Below the pieces are notes generated by a model. The model did not search any database. It was not told where the DNA came from and saw nothing but the letters and a program-made list of their open reading frames with translations. A DNA stretch of 64,000 nt, taken from contig CAMBMS010000014.1 in the NCBI GenBank assembly GCA_945868845.1, positions 2,592-66,591 on the forward strand, written 5' to 3'. This DNA comes from Asaia bogorensis. GTDB taxonomy: Bacteria; Pseudomonadota; Alphaproteobacteria; Acetobacterales; Acetobacteraceae. Below are positions 50,796 to 60,800 of the stretch, piece after piece (positions within the stretch are counted from its first letter, which is position 1; each line of letters begins with the position of its first letter). Both the position numbers and the translations under genes were made by a program.

Positions 50796-51989
50796 ATGAG
50801 CAGCCTGTTTACGGGCCTAAAAGTTATCGACTGTGCGAGCTGGATCGCCGGTCCCGCTGCCGCGACGATACTATCCGATTTCGGCGCCGATGTGATTAAG
50901 ATCGAGCCGCCCGGTATGGGGGACCCGTGGCGTGGCCGTAGCCCCAATCCGGCCGCGCCGACCGATTATTACTGGCAGCTCACATCGCGCAATAAGCGCA
51001 GCCTGGCGATTGATCTGAAGCATGAGGAAGGGCGGGCGGCGATGTACCGGCTGATCGCTGGTGCGGACGTATTCGTCACTAATTTCCCATTGCCAGTACG
51101 CGATCGGTTGCAATTGTCGCCGACGCATCTTCTGCCGCTTAACCCCCGGCTGATCTATGCGTCGTTTACCGCTTATGGCGAAGCGGGTGAGGAGGCGGCG
51201 AAGACGGGTTTTGACTCAACCGCTTATTGGGCGCGCACGGGGTTAATGGACATGGTGCGCGCGACATCCGAAACCCCACCGGCGCGTTCTATGCCCGGGA
51301 TGGGCGATCATCCTAGCGCAACGGGGCTATACGCGGCTATCGTCACCGCATTGTACCGGCGAGAAAAGACCGGACTCGGCGGCGTGGTGAAATCCTCGCT
51401 ATTGCAAAATGGATTATGGGCGAATGGCTGCGCCGTGCAGGTGCGCCTGTTCGGTGAGCATGTGCCGCATCGCCCATTGCGGGAAGAAGTGCCCAACGCA
51501 TTGGCCAATCATTACGAGAGCGGCGATGGGCGCTGGTTCATCATGGCGCTGTACAACGAGCAGCGGCAGTTGGCTGGCTTCCTAGCCGCGATCGGGCGGG
51601 AGGAGCTGGCGGGTGATCTCCGTTTCGCCACCGATGCGGCGCGCAAGCGGAACGCGCGCGCGTTGGTTAAGATCCTAGACGAGGTTTTCGCCACCCGCAC
51701 CCTGGCGGAGTGGCGCATAATCCTGGATGGCGTGGGCGTGACATTCGGCATCGTGGGTAAGGTGGATGAAGTATTGGATGACGCGCAGATGCGCGATGCG
51801 GGCGCCCTAGTCCCCTTCGCCGATGGCGAGGGTCTGACGGTTGCCGCGCCGTTTCATATAGACGGCGTAGACAAGGTTCCGCCACAACGCGCCCCGGCCA
51901 TTGGCCAGCACAGCGACGCGGTCCTGGCCGAGGCGGGCTATTCGCCTGATGAGATCGGCATGCTGCGCACGCTGGGTGTTCTTGGCTAA
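50796..51989 (+). CDS. Family III CoA-transferase
   Basis: IAGP..LSDFGADVIKIEPP, RNKRS, MGDH. Confidence 0.93.
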   Translation: MSSLFTGLKVIDCASWIAGPAAATILSDFGADVIKIEPPGMGDPWRGRSPNPAAPTDYYWQLTSRNKRSLAIDLKHEEGRAAMYRLIAGADVFVTNFPLPVRDRLQLSPTHLLPLNPRLIYASFTAYGEAGEEAAKTGFDSTAYWARTGLMDMVRATSETPPARSMPGMGDHPSATGLYAAIVTALYRREKTGLGGVVKSSLLQNGLWANGCAVQVRLFGEHVPHRPLREEVPNALANHYESGDGRWFIMALYNEQRQLAGFLAAIGREELAGDLRFATDAARKRNARALVKILDEVFATRTLAEWRIILDGVGVTFGIVGKVDEVLDDAQMRDAGALVPFADGEGLTVAAPFHIDGVDKVPPQRAPAIGQHSDAVLAEAGYSPDEIGMLRTLGVLG

Positions 51990-52033
51990 GAGGGCGCGGG
52001 GAGCATAGAGGCCCCGCCCCCAGTCATCACGCT

Positions 52034-52963
52034 CTACCGCGTCGGGCGTGGCGGATCTTGCGTATAGTCGTAAAAGCCCTTGCTGGTCTTGCGCCCCAGC
52101 CAGCCGGCCTCGACATATTTGATGAGTAGCGGGCATGGCCGATACTTGCTGTCCGACAATCCATCATAGAGCACCTGCATGATGGACAGGCAGGTATCAA
52201 GGCCAATGAAATCCGCCAGTTCTAACGGCCCCATCGGGTGATTGGCGCCGAGCTTTATCGAGGTGTCGATGGCGCCTACCGAGCCGACGCCTTCGTACAG
52301 CGCATAGACCGCCTCATTGATCATTGGCACGAGAATGCGATTGACGATGAAAGCCGGAAAATCCTCCGACACAGCGGTAATCTTATTCAATTTGTCGGCC
52401 AGCGCCTGCACTGCTTGAAAGGTCGGTTCATCGGTGGCGATGCCCCGGATGATCTCCACCAGCTTCATCACTGGCACCGGATTCATAAAATGCATACCGA
52501 TGAATTTTTCCGCCCGATCCGTCGCTGCGCCGAGGCGGGTGATGGAGATGGACGATGTGTTGGAGGCCAGCATGCAGGATGGTTTCAGGTGCGGCGTCAG
52601 CGCCTTGTAGACTTGGCGTTTGACGTCTTCTTTTTCTGTCGCGGCCTCCACCACGAAGTCGCAATCGCCAAAAGCAGAAAATTCGATAGTGGTGGTGATC
52701 CGCGCCAGCGCGGCTTCCTTGTCCTCTGGGGTGATTAGGGTGCGGTTGACTTGGCGCTCCATATTGTCCGCCATCACCGCCATCGCCTTGTGTAAGGCGT
52801 CTTCCTTGATATCGCCCAGCACCACCGGAATGCCGGCGAGGGCGCACACATGGGCGATACCATTGCCCATCTGGCCTGCGCCGATCACGCCCACGCGCTG
52901 TATGGCCGGTGCGCCAGAGGTGGAAAAATCGCTCACCGAATCGGGCCTGGCGGCAACACTCAT
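52034..52963 (-). CDS. hbd: 3-hydroxybutyryl-CoA dehydrogenase
   Basis: GAGQMG, SNTSS, GMHFMNP, PMGPLELAD. Confidence 0.93.
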   Translation of the reverse strand: MSVAARPDSVSDFSTSGAPAIQRVGVIGAGQMGNGIAHVCALAGIPVVLGDIKEDALHKAMAVMADNMERQVNRTLITPEDKEAALARITTTIEFSAFGDCDFVVEAATEKEDVKRQVYKALTPHLKPSCMLASNTSSISITRLGAATDRAEKFIGMHFMNPVPVMKLVEIIRGIATDEPTFQAVQALADKLNKITAVSEDFPAFIVNRILVPMINEAVYALYEGVGSVGAIDTSIKLGANHPMGPLELADFIGLDTCLSIMQVLYDGLSDSKYRPCPLLIKYVEAGWLGRKTSKGFYDYTQDPPRPTR

Positions 52964-53911
52964 TCAGTTGCGCTCCAATGCTTTCGATAGCTCGCTTGCC
53001 AGTTCCGGTAAGGCGGCGAACAGGTCCGCCACCAGCCCGTAATCGGCAACCTGGAAGATCGGCGCTTCCTCGTCCTTGTTGATGGCGACGATCACCTTGC
53101 TGTCCTTCATGCCGGCCAGATGCTGGATGGCGCCGGAAATGCCGACGGCGATATACAGGTCCGGCGCGACGATTTTCCCCGTCTGCCCGACCTGGAATTC
53201 GTTGGGCACGAAGCCGGCATCGACCGCGGCGCGCGAGGCACCAACCGCGGCACCCAGCGCATCGGCGATCGGTTCTAGTAACTTAAAATTCTCGCCGTTC
53301 TGCATTCCGCGCCCGCCGGAAATCACGATTTTTGCAGCGGTCAGTTCCGGACGCTCGCTTTTCGACAATTCGGCGCCGAGATGGCGGGAGATCCCCGGCG
53401 GGGTGATTGACGGCGCGTTCTCCGTGCTCGCATCGCCACCCTCTGCCGCCACCGGATCGAAACTCGCGGCGCGCACGGTGATCACTTTCTTCGCGTCTGA
53501 CGATTTTACTGTCGCCATGCCGTTACCGGCATAGATCGGACGCACGAATGTGTCGGCATCGATCACCTCGGCGATGTCGCTGATGGGCTGCACATCCAAG
53601 AGCGCGGCGACGCGCGGCATGATGTTCTTGCCAACGGCGGTGGTGGCGGCGAGGAGATGCGAATAATCGGGTGCCAGCGCAACTATCAGGGCAGCCATCG
53701 GCTCGGCCATCTGGTTGGCGAAATCGGGACCATCGGCGACGATCACCTTTGTCACGCCGGGGAGTTTCTGGGCGGCGGCAACGACGGCGGACACATTTTC
53801 GCCGGCCACCAGGACATGCACCTCGCCAAGCTTTATCGCGCACGCGATGGCGCTACGGGCCGGCTGCTTGATGGTGGTACCATCGTGATCCAGCATTACT
53901 AGGCTTGCCAT
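52964..53911 (-). CDS. etfA: Electron transfer flavoprotein alpha subunit
   Basis: SGGRG, ASRAAVDAG, QVGQTGK, GISGAIQH. Confidence 0.97.
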   Translation of the reverse strand: MASLVMLDHDGTTIKQPARSAIACAIKLGEVHVLVAGENVSAVVAAAQKLPGVTKVIVADGPDFANQMAEPMAALIVALAPDYSHLLAATTAVGKNIMPRVAALLDVQPISDIAEVIDADTFVRPIYAGNGMATVKSSDAKKVITVRAASFDPVAAEGGDASTENAPSITPPGISRHLGAELSKSERPELTAAKIVISGGRGMQNGENFKLLEPIADALGAAVGASRAAVDAGFVPNEFQVGQTGKIVAPDLYIAVGISGAIQHLAGMKDSKVIVAINKDEEAPIFQVADYGLVADLFAALPELASELSKALERN

Positions 53912-53913
53912 CG

Positions 53914-54663
53914 TCAGATCACCTTCGCTTCGCTACGTAGCTTTTCCACTAGCTCCTGCACGGAGCCTACCTTCGTACCGGCCTGGCGTTTCGCCGGCTC
54001 TACCACCTTAAGCACGGTCAGGCGTGGCGTGGGATCGACGCCGAGATCGGCCGGTTTCACGTTGTCGATGGTCTTCTTGCGCGCCTTCATGATGTTCGGC
54101 AGCGACGCATAGCGCGGCTCGTTCAAGCGCAGATCGGTGGTGATGATGGCCGGCAAATTCAGCGCCACCGTCTCCAGCCCGCCATCCACCTCGCGCGTTA
54201 CGGTGATGGTCTCACCCTCGACCACGAGCTTCGACGCAAATGTTCCCTGCGCCCAGCCGAGCAGGGCGGCCAGCATCTGCCCGGTGGCGGACATATCGTC
54301 ATCGATCGCCTGCTTGCCGAGGATGATTAGGCCAGGCTGTTCTTTGTCCGCGATCGCCTTCAGCAGTTTTGCCACCGCCAGCGGTTGCAGATCGACATCG
54401 GTCTCCACCAAGATGCCGCGATCGGCGCCCATGGCCAGCGCAGTACGGATCGTCTCGCCGCAGGCGGCGACACCGAGGGAAATCGCCACGATCTCCGTCG
54501 CCACGCCTTTTTCCTTCAGTCGGACGGCTTCCTCGACGGCGATTTCATCGAACGGGTTCATCGACATTTTGACGCCGGCGGTTTCGATGCCGGTGTTGTC
54601 CGCCTTCACACGGACCTTGACGTTGTAGTCAACCACCCGCTTGACGGGGACGAGAATTTTCAT
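53914..54663 (-). CDS. etfB: Electron transfer flavoprotein beta subunit
   Basis: [31 protein letters not shown]. Confidence 0.97.
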   Translation of the reverse strand: MKILVPVKRVVDYNVKVRVKADNTGIETAGVKMSMNPFDEIAVEEAVRLKEKGVATEIVAISLGVAACGETIRTALAMGADRGILVETDVDLQPLAVAKLLKAIADKEQPGLIILGKQAIDDDMSATGQMLAALLGWAQGTFASKLVVEGETITVTREVDGGLETVALNLPAIITTDLRLNEPRYASLPNIMKARKKTIDNVKPADLGVDPTPRLTVLKVVEPAKRQAGTKVGSVQELVEKLRSEAKVI

Positions 54664-54834
54664 AAGAAGACCGTGCCATTTCCAGGGATTAGGGCGCGTA
54701 GACAACAGCACGAACCGGCGCCTGTTCGCACCTGCAGGAGAGCCGGCGGGACCATATTCAGGCCCCTCCGCGCTGTCAAACGGGACGCCCCTGGACTAAG
54801 GCCTCTGTTTGCGGGCCGGCGCCGGACGATGATC

Positions 54835-56274
54835 TCAGGTGCGGCCATACGCGTCCTCGATGCGGACGATATCGTCCTCACCGAGGTAGGTACCCGATTG
54901 CACTTCAATCAGGGTGAGTGGGATCTGGCCGGGATTTTCCAGCCGGTGGATGCTGCCCTGGGGCAGGTAGACGCTCTCATTCTCGCGCACCACGAACTTG
55001 TCCGTGTCGCGGGTGACCAGGGCGGCGCCATGCACCACCACCCAGTGCTCGGAGCGATGGAAATGTTTTTGCAGGGAAAGTTTTTGCCCTGGCAAAACGA
55101 CGAGGCGCTTGACCTGGAAGCGATCGCTGCTGATCAGGCTTTCGTAAAAGCCCCAGGGACGATCGACGCGGTTATGTGCCACAGCCTGCTGACGCTGCGC
55201 CGCCTTCAGCCGGTCCACCACTTTCTTCACGTCCTGCGCCTGGTCGCGGTGCATGGCGAGCACGGCGTCCGGCGTGACCACCACCACCGCATCGCGCAAC
55301 CCCACCACCGCAGTGAGAATGCCGTCGGAGCGGACATAGCAATTCTCGGTGCCTTCCAGTATCACATCGCCGATGGCGGCATTGCCGGTGGTATCCTTAG
55401 CCGCCAATTCCCACAGCGCGCTCCAGCTGCCGACATCGGACCAGCCAATATCGGCTTTTACCACGGCGGCGCGTGTGGTGCGCTCGGCGACCGCGTAGTC
55501 GAGGCTGATATTTGGGCCGGCGGCAAAACTCTCGGGGTCGAGACGAAGAAAATCCAGATCCTGTTTGCGGTGGGCGACAGCCAGCCGCGTGGCGTTCAGC
55601 ACATCCGGCGCATATGCCTCCATCTCCGCGATCAGGGTCCGCGCGGTAAAGACGAACATGCCGGAATTCCACAGATGGGTGCCGCTGCCAACTAGCAGCG
55701 CCGCCTCTGAAGCACCCGGCTTTTCCACAAACCGGGTCAGCCGATGCACACCCGTGGTCGGGGACAATTGATCTCCGACCTCGAGATAGCCGTAGCTGGT
55801 TTCCGGCGCGGTCGGTTTCATCCCGAAGGTCACGACATAGCCGGCCCGCGCGGCCTCAGCGGCGCGATCCAACGCTTTATGCAGGGCGGGAACGTCGGTA
55901 ATGGCGGCATCGGCAGTCATCATCCACAGAACGGCATCGGCGTCGGTTTCCGCTTGCAGCAGCGCGGCGGCGGTGATGGCGGGGGCACTGTTGCGGCCCA
56001 CCGGTTCCAGCATGATTTGCGCGCCCGTGATGCCGGCGGCACGCAATTGCTCAGCAATGAGAAAACGGTGCTCATGGTTGCAGACCACAATAGGTGCGGT
56101 GAAGCTGTCGCCGGTGGCGCGCAGCGCGGTTTCATGGAGCATCGAGCGCGCCGAGATCAGTGGCCAGAGCTGCTTCGGAAAACTCTCGCGCGACACCGGC
56201 CAGAGCCGCGTACCGGAGCCGCCGGAGAGAATCACGGGGACGATTTTTGTCACACTTTTGTTCGCCTGGGTCAT
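54835..56274 (-). CDS. manC: Mannose-1-phosphate guanylyltransferase/mannose-6-phosphate isomerase
   Basis: GGSGTRLWP, EPVGRN, WNSGMF, WSDVGSW, RPWG cupin; ATG 56274. Confidence 0.94.
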   Translation of the reverse strand: MTQANKSVTKIVPVILSGGSGTRLWPVSRESFPKQLWPLISARSMLHETALRATGDSFTAPIVVCNHEHRFLIAEQLRAAGITGAQIMLEPVGRNSAPAITAAALLQAETDADAVLWMMTADAAITDVPALHKALDRAAEAARAGYVVTFGMKPTAPETSYGYLEVGDQLSPTTGVHRLTRFVEKPGASEAALLVGSGTHLWNSGMFVFTARTLIAEMEAYAPDVLNATRLAVAHRKQDLDFLRLDPESFAAGPNISLDYAVAERTTRAAVVKADIGWSDVGSWSALWELAAKDTTGNAAIGDVILEGTENCYVRSDGILTAVVGLRDAVVVVTPDAVLAMHRDQAQDVKKVVDRLKAAQRQQAVAHNRVDRPWGFYESLISSDRFQVKRLVVLPGQKLSLQKHFHRSEHWVVVHGAALVTRDTDKFVVRENESVYLPQGSIHRLENPGQIPLTLIEVQSGTYLGEDDIVRIEDAYGRT

Positions 56275-56321
56275 CAACGGCGACAGATTTGCCAGCGCTC
56301 CCGGGGGCTGTCCAGCATTAC

Positions 56322-56446
56322 GGTCGTGTCTCCGTTTGATCGGCGCCGGCCCGCTCCCCCATCCGGGCACCCGCAGTGTATGATCGTTGGGTGGCCCAAG
56401 GGGGGATGGGGGAGCGGGCCGGCGCCGATCAAACGGAGACACGACC
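56322..56446. repeat. Palindromic element with perfect 43-bp inverted repeat (MITE/REPIN-like)
   Basis: 56322-56364 is the exact reverse complement of 56404-56446; 39-nt spacer with inner hairpin. Confidence 0.92.
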
Positions 56447-56494
56447 AGCATTTGGGCCTTGCTCGAGGGGCGGCGGGGCGGGCAGACTGCCGGT

Positions 56495-56713
56495 ATGAAA
56501 ATCGAGATCGAATATTGCGGCATGTGAGGCTATGAACCGCGCGCCCGTGCGGCGCGCGATTTGTTGGCCCGGGATGTCCCTGAGGCGGAGATCAGCCTGC
56601 GGAAATCCGTCGGCGGCGTGTTTGAAGTCACGGTCGATGGCGCGCGGCTTTATTCCAAGAAGGCCACCGGGCGGTTTCCCACCGAAGTGGAATTGCTGGC
56701 GGTACTGCCTTAA
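56495..56713 (+). CDS. SelW/SelT/SelH (Rdx) family protein, probable selenoprotein (TGA = Sec), 72 aa
   Basis: MKIEIEYCGM[TGA]GYEPRARAARDLL..GGVFEVTVDG..LYSKKATGRFP; CxxU motif; frame stays open and family-like after the TGA. Confidence 0.88.
56538..56558 (+). promoter_or_regulatory. Putative bacterial SECIS element
   Basis: 8-bp stem CGCGCGCC/GGCGCGCG with CGTGC loop, 10-nt spacer after TGA 56525-56527. Confidence 0.7.
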
Positions 56714-57666
56714 TTGTCTTTGGCTTCATTCTCTTTCGGCCATTCGGTCTGGCCCAGCACCCAGCCCTCCCAACGTGTCAGCCAGGGATCGTTGGGGGCA
56801 GTGTCCGGACGATTGCCCGCCAGCACGTTGATGACGCAGAGCACCCCCAAAAGACTGTCGAAACGGTCTTCGCCGCCGGCATCGGCGCCAAAACCGTCCG
56901 CCAGCATGCCTGACAGCGCGCGATGCGGGCGGATACCGAGGGTCGCCATGGCGGCATGGATATCCGCCGCCATGGCTAGCCGGTCTGCCTGGCGGCGCTT
57001 GCTGCCCGAAATGCGCAAGCCGAGATGGCGCAGCGCCTCCGCCGGGTAGGTTTCCGCCACCGCGACGCGGCCAGGGGCGAGCAAGGCACGAAACGGACCG
57101 GCGAAGGGCCAGAGATCGATGGAAGCATTGGCCATCAGGGCGGGGACTAGCATGTCCCGCCAGGCCGCGATGGCCGCCGTGCCGACCTGGTTGGCGCCCA
57201 AGGTCCAGAACAGGGGGGCGCCGGCGCGGCGTATCGCGGTGGCGGCGTCGCAGGCGCGCGAGAGGGCGCGCGCGTCGGGCAAGCCCAAGGCAGCGGCGTG
57301 CGCGGCACGGGTCATGCCCTTGAGGCCGCGCGCAGGATAGAAGGGCCGATCGGGCGAAACGTCGTTCAGCGTGGTGCAGACCTGAAAGAAGCTTGGCCGG
57401 TTCGCCAGGGCGCGCAAGAACGTGACGAAATCGCCGCTGGCATAGCGCGCGGCATAGGCGCGCGGCAGGCCAAGAGAAAAATCCACGCCCAGGGCCACCG
57501 GCGCGCCTTTGGCCGCCAAGCACAGCCGGTCTAGGAAGTTTTCGACCGGCCCCACGGGCACTGGGGCAGCAACCATCCAGCCGCGTGTGTCGTGCCGGGC
57601 AACGGTCACGAAACGTTTACGCGCATCCAGGCTCCAATCGGCGTGCGCCGCGAAAATTTTCATCAT
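56710..57666 (-). CDS. Hypothetical protein, DUF429-like predicted RNase H-fold
   Basis: HADWS, LGVDFSLGLP, WTLGANQVG, LWPF, ETYP, DRFD, EGWVLG. Confidence 0.65.
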   Translation of the reverse strand: MMKIFAAHADWSLDARKRFVTVARHDTRGWMVAAPVPVGPVENFLDRLCLAAKGAPVALGVDFSLGLPRAYAARYASGDFVTFLRALANRPSFFQVCTTLNDVSPDRPFYPARGLKGMTRAAHAAALGLPDARALSRACDAATAIRRAGAPLFWTLGANQVGTAAIAAWRDMLVPALMANASIDLWPFAGPFRALLAPGRVAVAETYPAEALRHLGLRISGSKRRQADRLAMAADIHAAMATLGIRPHRALSGMLADGFGADAGGEDRFDSLLGVLCVINVLAGNRPDTAPNDPWLTRWEGWVLGQTEWPKENEAKDN

Positions 57667-57716
57667 AGATGCATTGGCGCACGGTATGTTCGCGTGGCAC
57701 ATCGAGGAAATCGGCC

Positions 57717-58244
57717 ATGGGATTTCGCTACAGGCCGGCGCATCAGGCCTTGCACTGGTTGACCGCGCTGGCCGTTCTGGCCCAGGCCGTGCTGGGTATT
57801 TGGATCACCCAGTTCGAACCAGCGAACAAGGCGTTCAAGTTTTTGTTGTACGACATTCACGAAAATATCGGTTTCACCTTGTTGCCGATCACCCTTATTC
57901 GCCTCTGGATGCGCCGTCGTCATCCACCTGCACCCTTGCCGGAGAATACGCCTGCTTTCATCGAATTCGCGGCCATGGCCAATCATGGGGCATTATATCT
58001 AGCCTTAATCGGTATGCCGATTCTGGGCGTGCTGGCGACGGCGGCCTGGGGATTTCCATTCAGCTGGCTGGGTCTTCTGCCGGTTCCCTCGCCGTTCGGG
58101 AAAAGCGAGTATTGGGCGGAAATATTTTCCTACCTGCACTGGCTGGGAGCGATCGCGCTGGGCCTCGCCGTACTCGCTCATATTGGCGGCGCGCTGTATC
58201 ACGGGCTGATCCGCCGCGACGGGGTGTTGCAGCGTATGATTTAG
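57717..58244 (+). CDS. Cytochrome b561
   Basis: LHWLTA, HENIG, NHGALY, HW..HIGGALYH; four TM segments. Confidence 0.92.
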   Translation: MGFRYRPAHQALHWLTALAVLAQAVLGIWITQFEPANKAFKFLLYDIHENIGFTLLPITLIRLWMRRRHPPAPLPENTPAFIEFAAMANHGALYLALIGMPILGVLATAAWGFPFSWLGLLPVPSPFGKSEYWAEIFSYLHWLGAIALGLAVLAHIGGALYHGLIRRDGVLQRMI

Positions 58245-58444
58245 GGATTGCCCGGTAACTTCAGGCTCTGCACCCGTTCGGGGGAAGGCTGGGCATGGCC
58301 GTAGTGGTGATGCGTCCGGCATGGACGATGAATGCGACGCGCAGCGGGTGACCCCCTTGCCGATACATGCTACGGCAGGGTCACGACATCCCAACGATTC
58401 TTGAAGGATAGCCGGTCTTCAGGGATGGCCAAGTCAAACGAGGT

Positions 58445-58648
58445 TCAGAAACCCTCGCGTTCCAGACGCTTACGTTCCATCTTGCGGGCACGGCGGACGG
58501 CCTCGGCGGCCTCGCGGGCGCGGCGTTCAGAAGGCTTTTCATAGTGGCGGCGCAGCTTCATTTCCCGGAAAATGCCTTCCCGCTGCATCTTCTTCTTGAG
58601 CGCTTTTAGCGCCTGGTCGACATTGTTTTCACGAACGAGGACTTGCAC
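58445..58648 (-). CDS. rpsU: 30S ribosomal protein S21
   Basis: (M)[33 protein letters not shown] start. Confidence 0.97.
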   Translation of the reverse strand: MQVLVRENNVDQALKALKKKMQREGIFREMKLRRHYEKPSERRAREAAEAVRRARKMERKRLEREGF

Positions 58649-58851
58649 TTGGCCGTGATCTCCTTCTCGGGTTGGTCGCCCCCGACCATCGGGGGCATGC
58701 GAAAATACCCCGCTCATCGCCTGGAAGCTGCGGGGAGGCGGCCTATAACATGCGATTTCGGGCTCGCCAAACGATTCATCGCGGGTAAAAGGGATTTTGC
58801 CCTGCTGACGCCGGGGATCAGCCTAGTAACAAGTCAGTTTTGGGGTCCGAC

Positions 58852-59406
58852 ATGGCCATCCTAAAAATCGCCCGCATGGGCCATCCGGTGCTATTGGAGC
58901 GCTGCCTGCCCGTCGCCGACCCTGGCGCGCCGGAGATCCGCCGGCTGGTGGCGGACATGATGCAGACCATGGAAGATGCCCAGGGCGCCGGCCTCGCCGC
59001 GCCGCAAGTCCATGTTCCCTATCGGATTTTTGTCTTCCGCGCCGCCTCGGAGCGGGTGGGGCAGGACCCCGAGGATATCCCTATTGGCAATTCCGTCCTG
59101 ATCAACCCGGAGGTGGAATTGCTGGGCGATGAGCGGGTGTTGGGTTGGGAGGGTTGTCTGTCCATCCCCGGCATGCGCGCCGCCGTGCCGCGCGCAGCGC
59201 GGGTGCGCTATCGCGGTGTCGATTGCGATGGCGTGTCAGTGGAGTGCATCGTCGGCGGGTTTCATGCTCGCGTGGTGCAGCATGAAAACGACCATCTGGA
59301 CGGCATCCTCTATACGATGCGGGTGACCGATTTTTCCTTGTTCGGCTTCAATGAGGAACTAAACCAGGCCGCGCATGCGCGCCATGCGGCGGCTGAACAA
59401 TCATGA
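58852..59406 (+). CDS. def: Peptide deformylase
   Basis: GAGLAAPQ, EGCLS, QHENDHLDG. Confidence 0.97.
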   Translation: MAILKIARMGHPVLLERCLPVADPGAPEIRRLVADMMQTMEDAQGAGLAAPQVHVPYRIFVFRAASERVGQDPEDIPIGNSVLINPEVELLGDERVLGWEGCLSIPGMRAAVPRAARVRYRGVDCDGVSVECIVGGFHARVVQHENDHLDGILYTMRVTDFSLFGFNEELNQAAHARHAAAEQS

Positions 59407-60044
59407 TTAGCGCGCCCGAACGCAGCGCCGAGCGCGATGGGGCGATCGATGCGATCCTGGTGCATGTGCCCTTTGATGGCTGGACCAGCCGCGCCCTGCT
59501 TCTGGCGTTGGCGGAAACCGGCCTACACCAGGACGACGCGGCGCTGCTGTTTCCTGGCGGGGCGGGCGATCTGGTGGAGGCGTTTTGCGATCTCGCCGAC
59601 CGGCGCATGGTTGCTGAAGCCGCCGCGCTGGATCCCGCGCCGGCGCGCCTGCCGGATCGGGTGCGGTTGATCATCGCCCTGCGCCTGTCTCGCCACCGGC
59701 CACACAAGGAAGCCGTGCGCCGCGCCGTCTCGGTGCTGGCGCTGCCTCAAAACGCCCGGATCGCCGCGGTCTGTGGCGCACGCACAATTGAGGCAATCTG
59801 GCAGGCGGCAGGCGACAAAAGCGCGGATTTTTCTTGGTACACCAAGCGCGCTAGCTTAGCGGCGATTTATGGCGCGACCCTGCTGTTCTGGCTGCGCGAT
59901 GCCGGCCCCGACGACGGCGCTACCCTGGCGTTTCTCGATCGCCGGCTAGCCGATCTTGGCCGCATTGGCGGGTTGCGCCGGCGCGCGGCTGCGGTCCTGG
60001 CCCGCTTTACGCCGCCGGCGCTTCGTCCCGCCCCGCCTGCTTAG
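59403..60044 (+). CDS. COQ9 family protein
   Basis: VPFDGW, IWQAAGD.SADFSWYTKR, FLDRRL; usual neighbour of rpsU. Confidence 0.92.
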   Translation: MISAPERSAERDGAIDAILVHVPFDGWTSRALLLALAETGLHQDDAALLFPGGAGDLVEAFCDLADRRMVAEAAALDPAPARLPDRVRLIIALRLSRHRPHKEAVRRAVSVLALPQNARIAAVCGARTIEAIWQAAGDKSADFSWYTKRASLAAIYGATLLFWLRDAGPDDGATLAFLDRRLADLGRIGGLRRRAAAVLARFTPPALRPAPPA

Positions 60045-60049
60045 CAGTG

Positions 60050-60710
60050 ACTAGCCCAGTCAGGCTTTCAAACTGCCAGCCATAGCGCGGGTTATCCCGC
60101 AGTGGGTCGCGCTGATCGATCCAGCAGGAGGCGATGCCGGCATCATTTGCGAGGGCGTGACCGTGATAGAGGGATTGCGCTAAGTGCGGAATGTCCTTGC
60201 GCGCGATCCCGATTTTGGCGCCGCGCGCAAGAAGAAAACGGAAATCGCGCAGATCGGGCTTGTAGGAACGGTATCCTCGGCCGCATGGACGGCATCGAAG
60301 GTGGCGCCGAGGCGGCGATTGCCGCCAGCGAAGCTGGCGCGAGCCACGTTGGAAAGGATGTCTGGCCTGTGTTTTTATCCCAACGTCGCCAGGGCGGCGG
60401 CCGAATCGGGGAAGGCCGGCCAATCGGCGATGCAGGCCCCGAAGGTCGCAAGGTCCGCCGCCACTGGCGGTGTTCCATTCGCGGGTAAGTGAAGCATGCA
60501 CATGGGCGAGAATCTCTGCATAGTGCATGGTTGGGGAGGGGGCTTCCCGGGCGCTTTCGGCGCAAGCGAAACCGGCTAAAGTCTTCTCTGCCTCGATCCC
60601 AGCGTGCGCCATCGGCGGCGCTAGGGAGGCCAGCAGGCCGGTTTCCCCGTCGATCAGGGTTCCGTCACAATCGAACGATAGAAGCTTGCAGTCGGTCAGA
60701 CGCGTGCGTG
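60050..60710 (-). pseudogene. HAD-IA haloacid dehalogenase type II-like pseudogene
   Basis: LSFDCDGTLID and SYKPD..HLAQSLYH in one frame; the middle WPAFPDSAAAL..*..ILSNV is in another frame with a TAA. Confidence 0.85.
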
Positions 60711-60800
60711 TCCCCTTTCCGATTTGCCCCCAGCCAATTGTGGGATTACGCTCGCGTGGCCATAAGCTAGGCGCCACCAGCAAAAGATATGGAGGGTAAT

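Noticed and set aside
56275..56523. N-terminal extension of manC (562-aa ORF)
   Set aside because: It reads through the palindromic element and gives the same peptide on both strands; homology starts near 56274
56532..56831. 99-aa ORF in the track
   Set aside because: Shadow frame over the SelW-like gene and the DUF429-like gene; no recognisable motifs
58348..58384. Hairpin between convergent cytochrome b561 and rpsU as a riboswitch or sRNA
   Set aside because: No recognisable aptamer motif and no downstream gene; probably a 3' end structure
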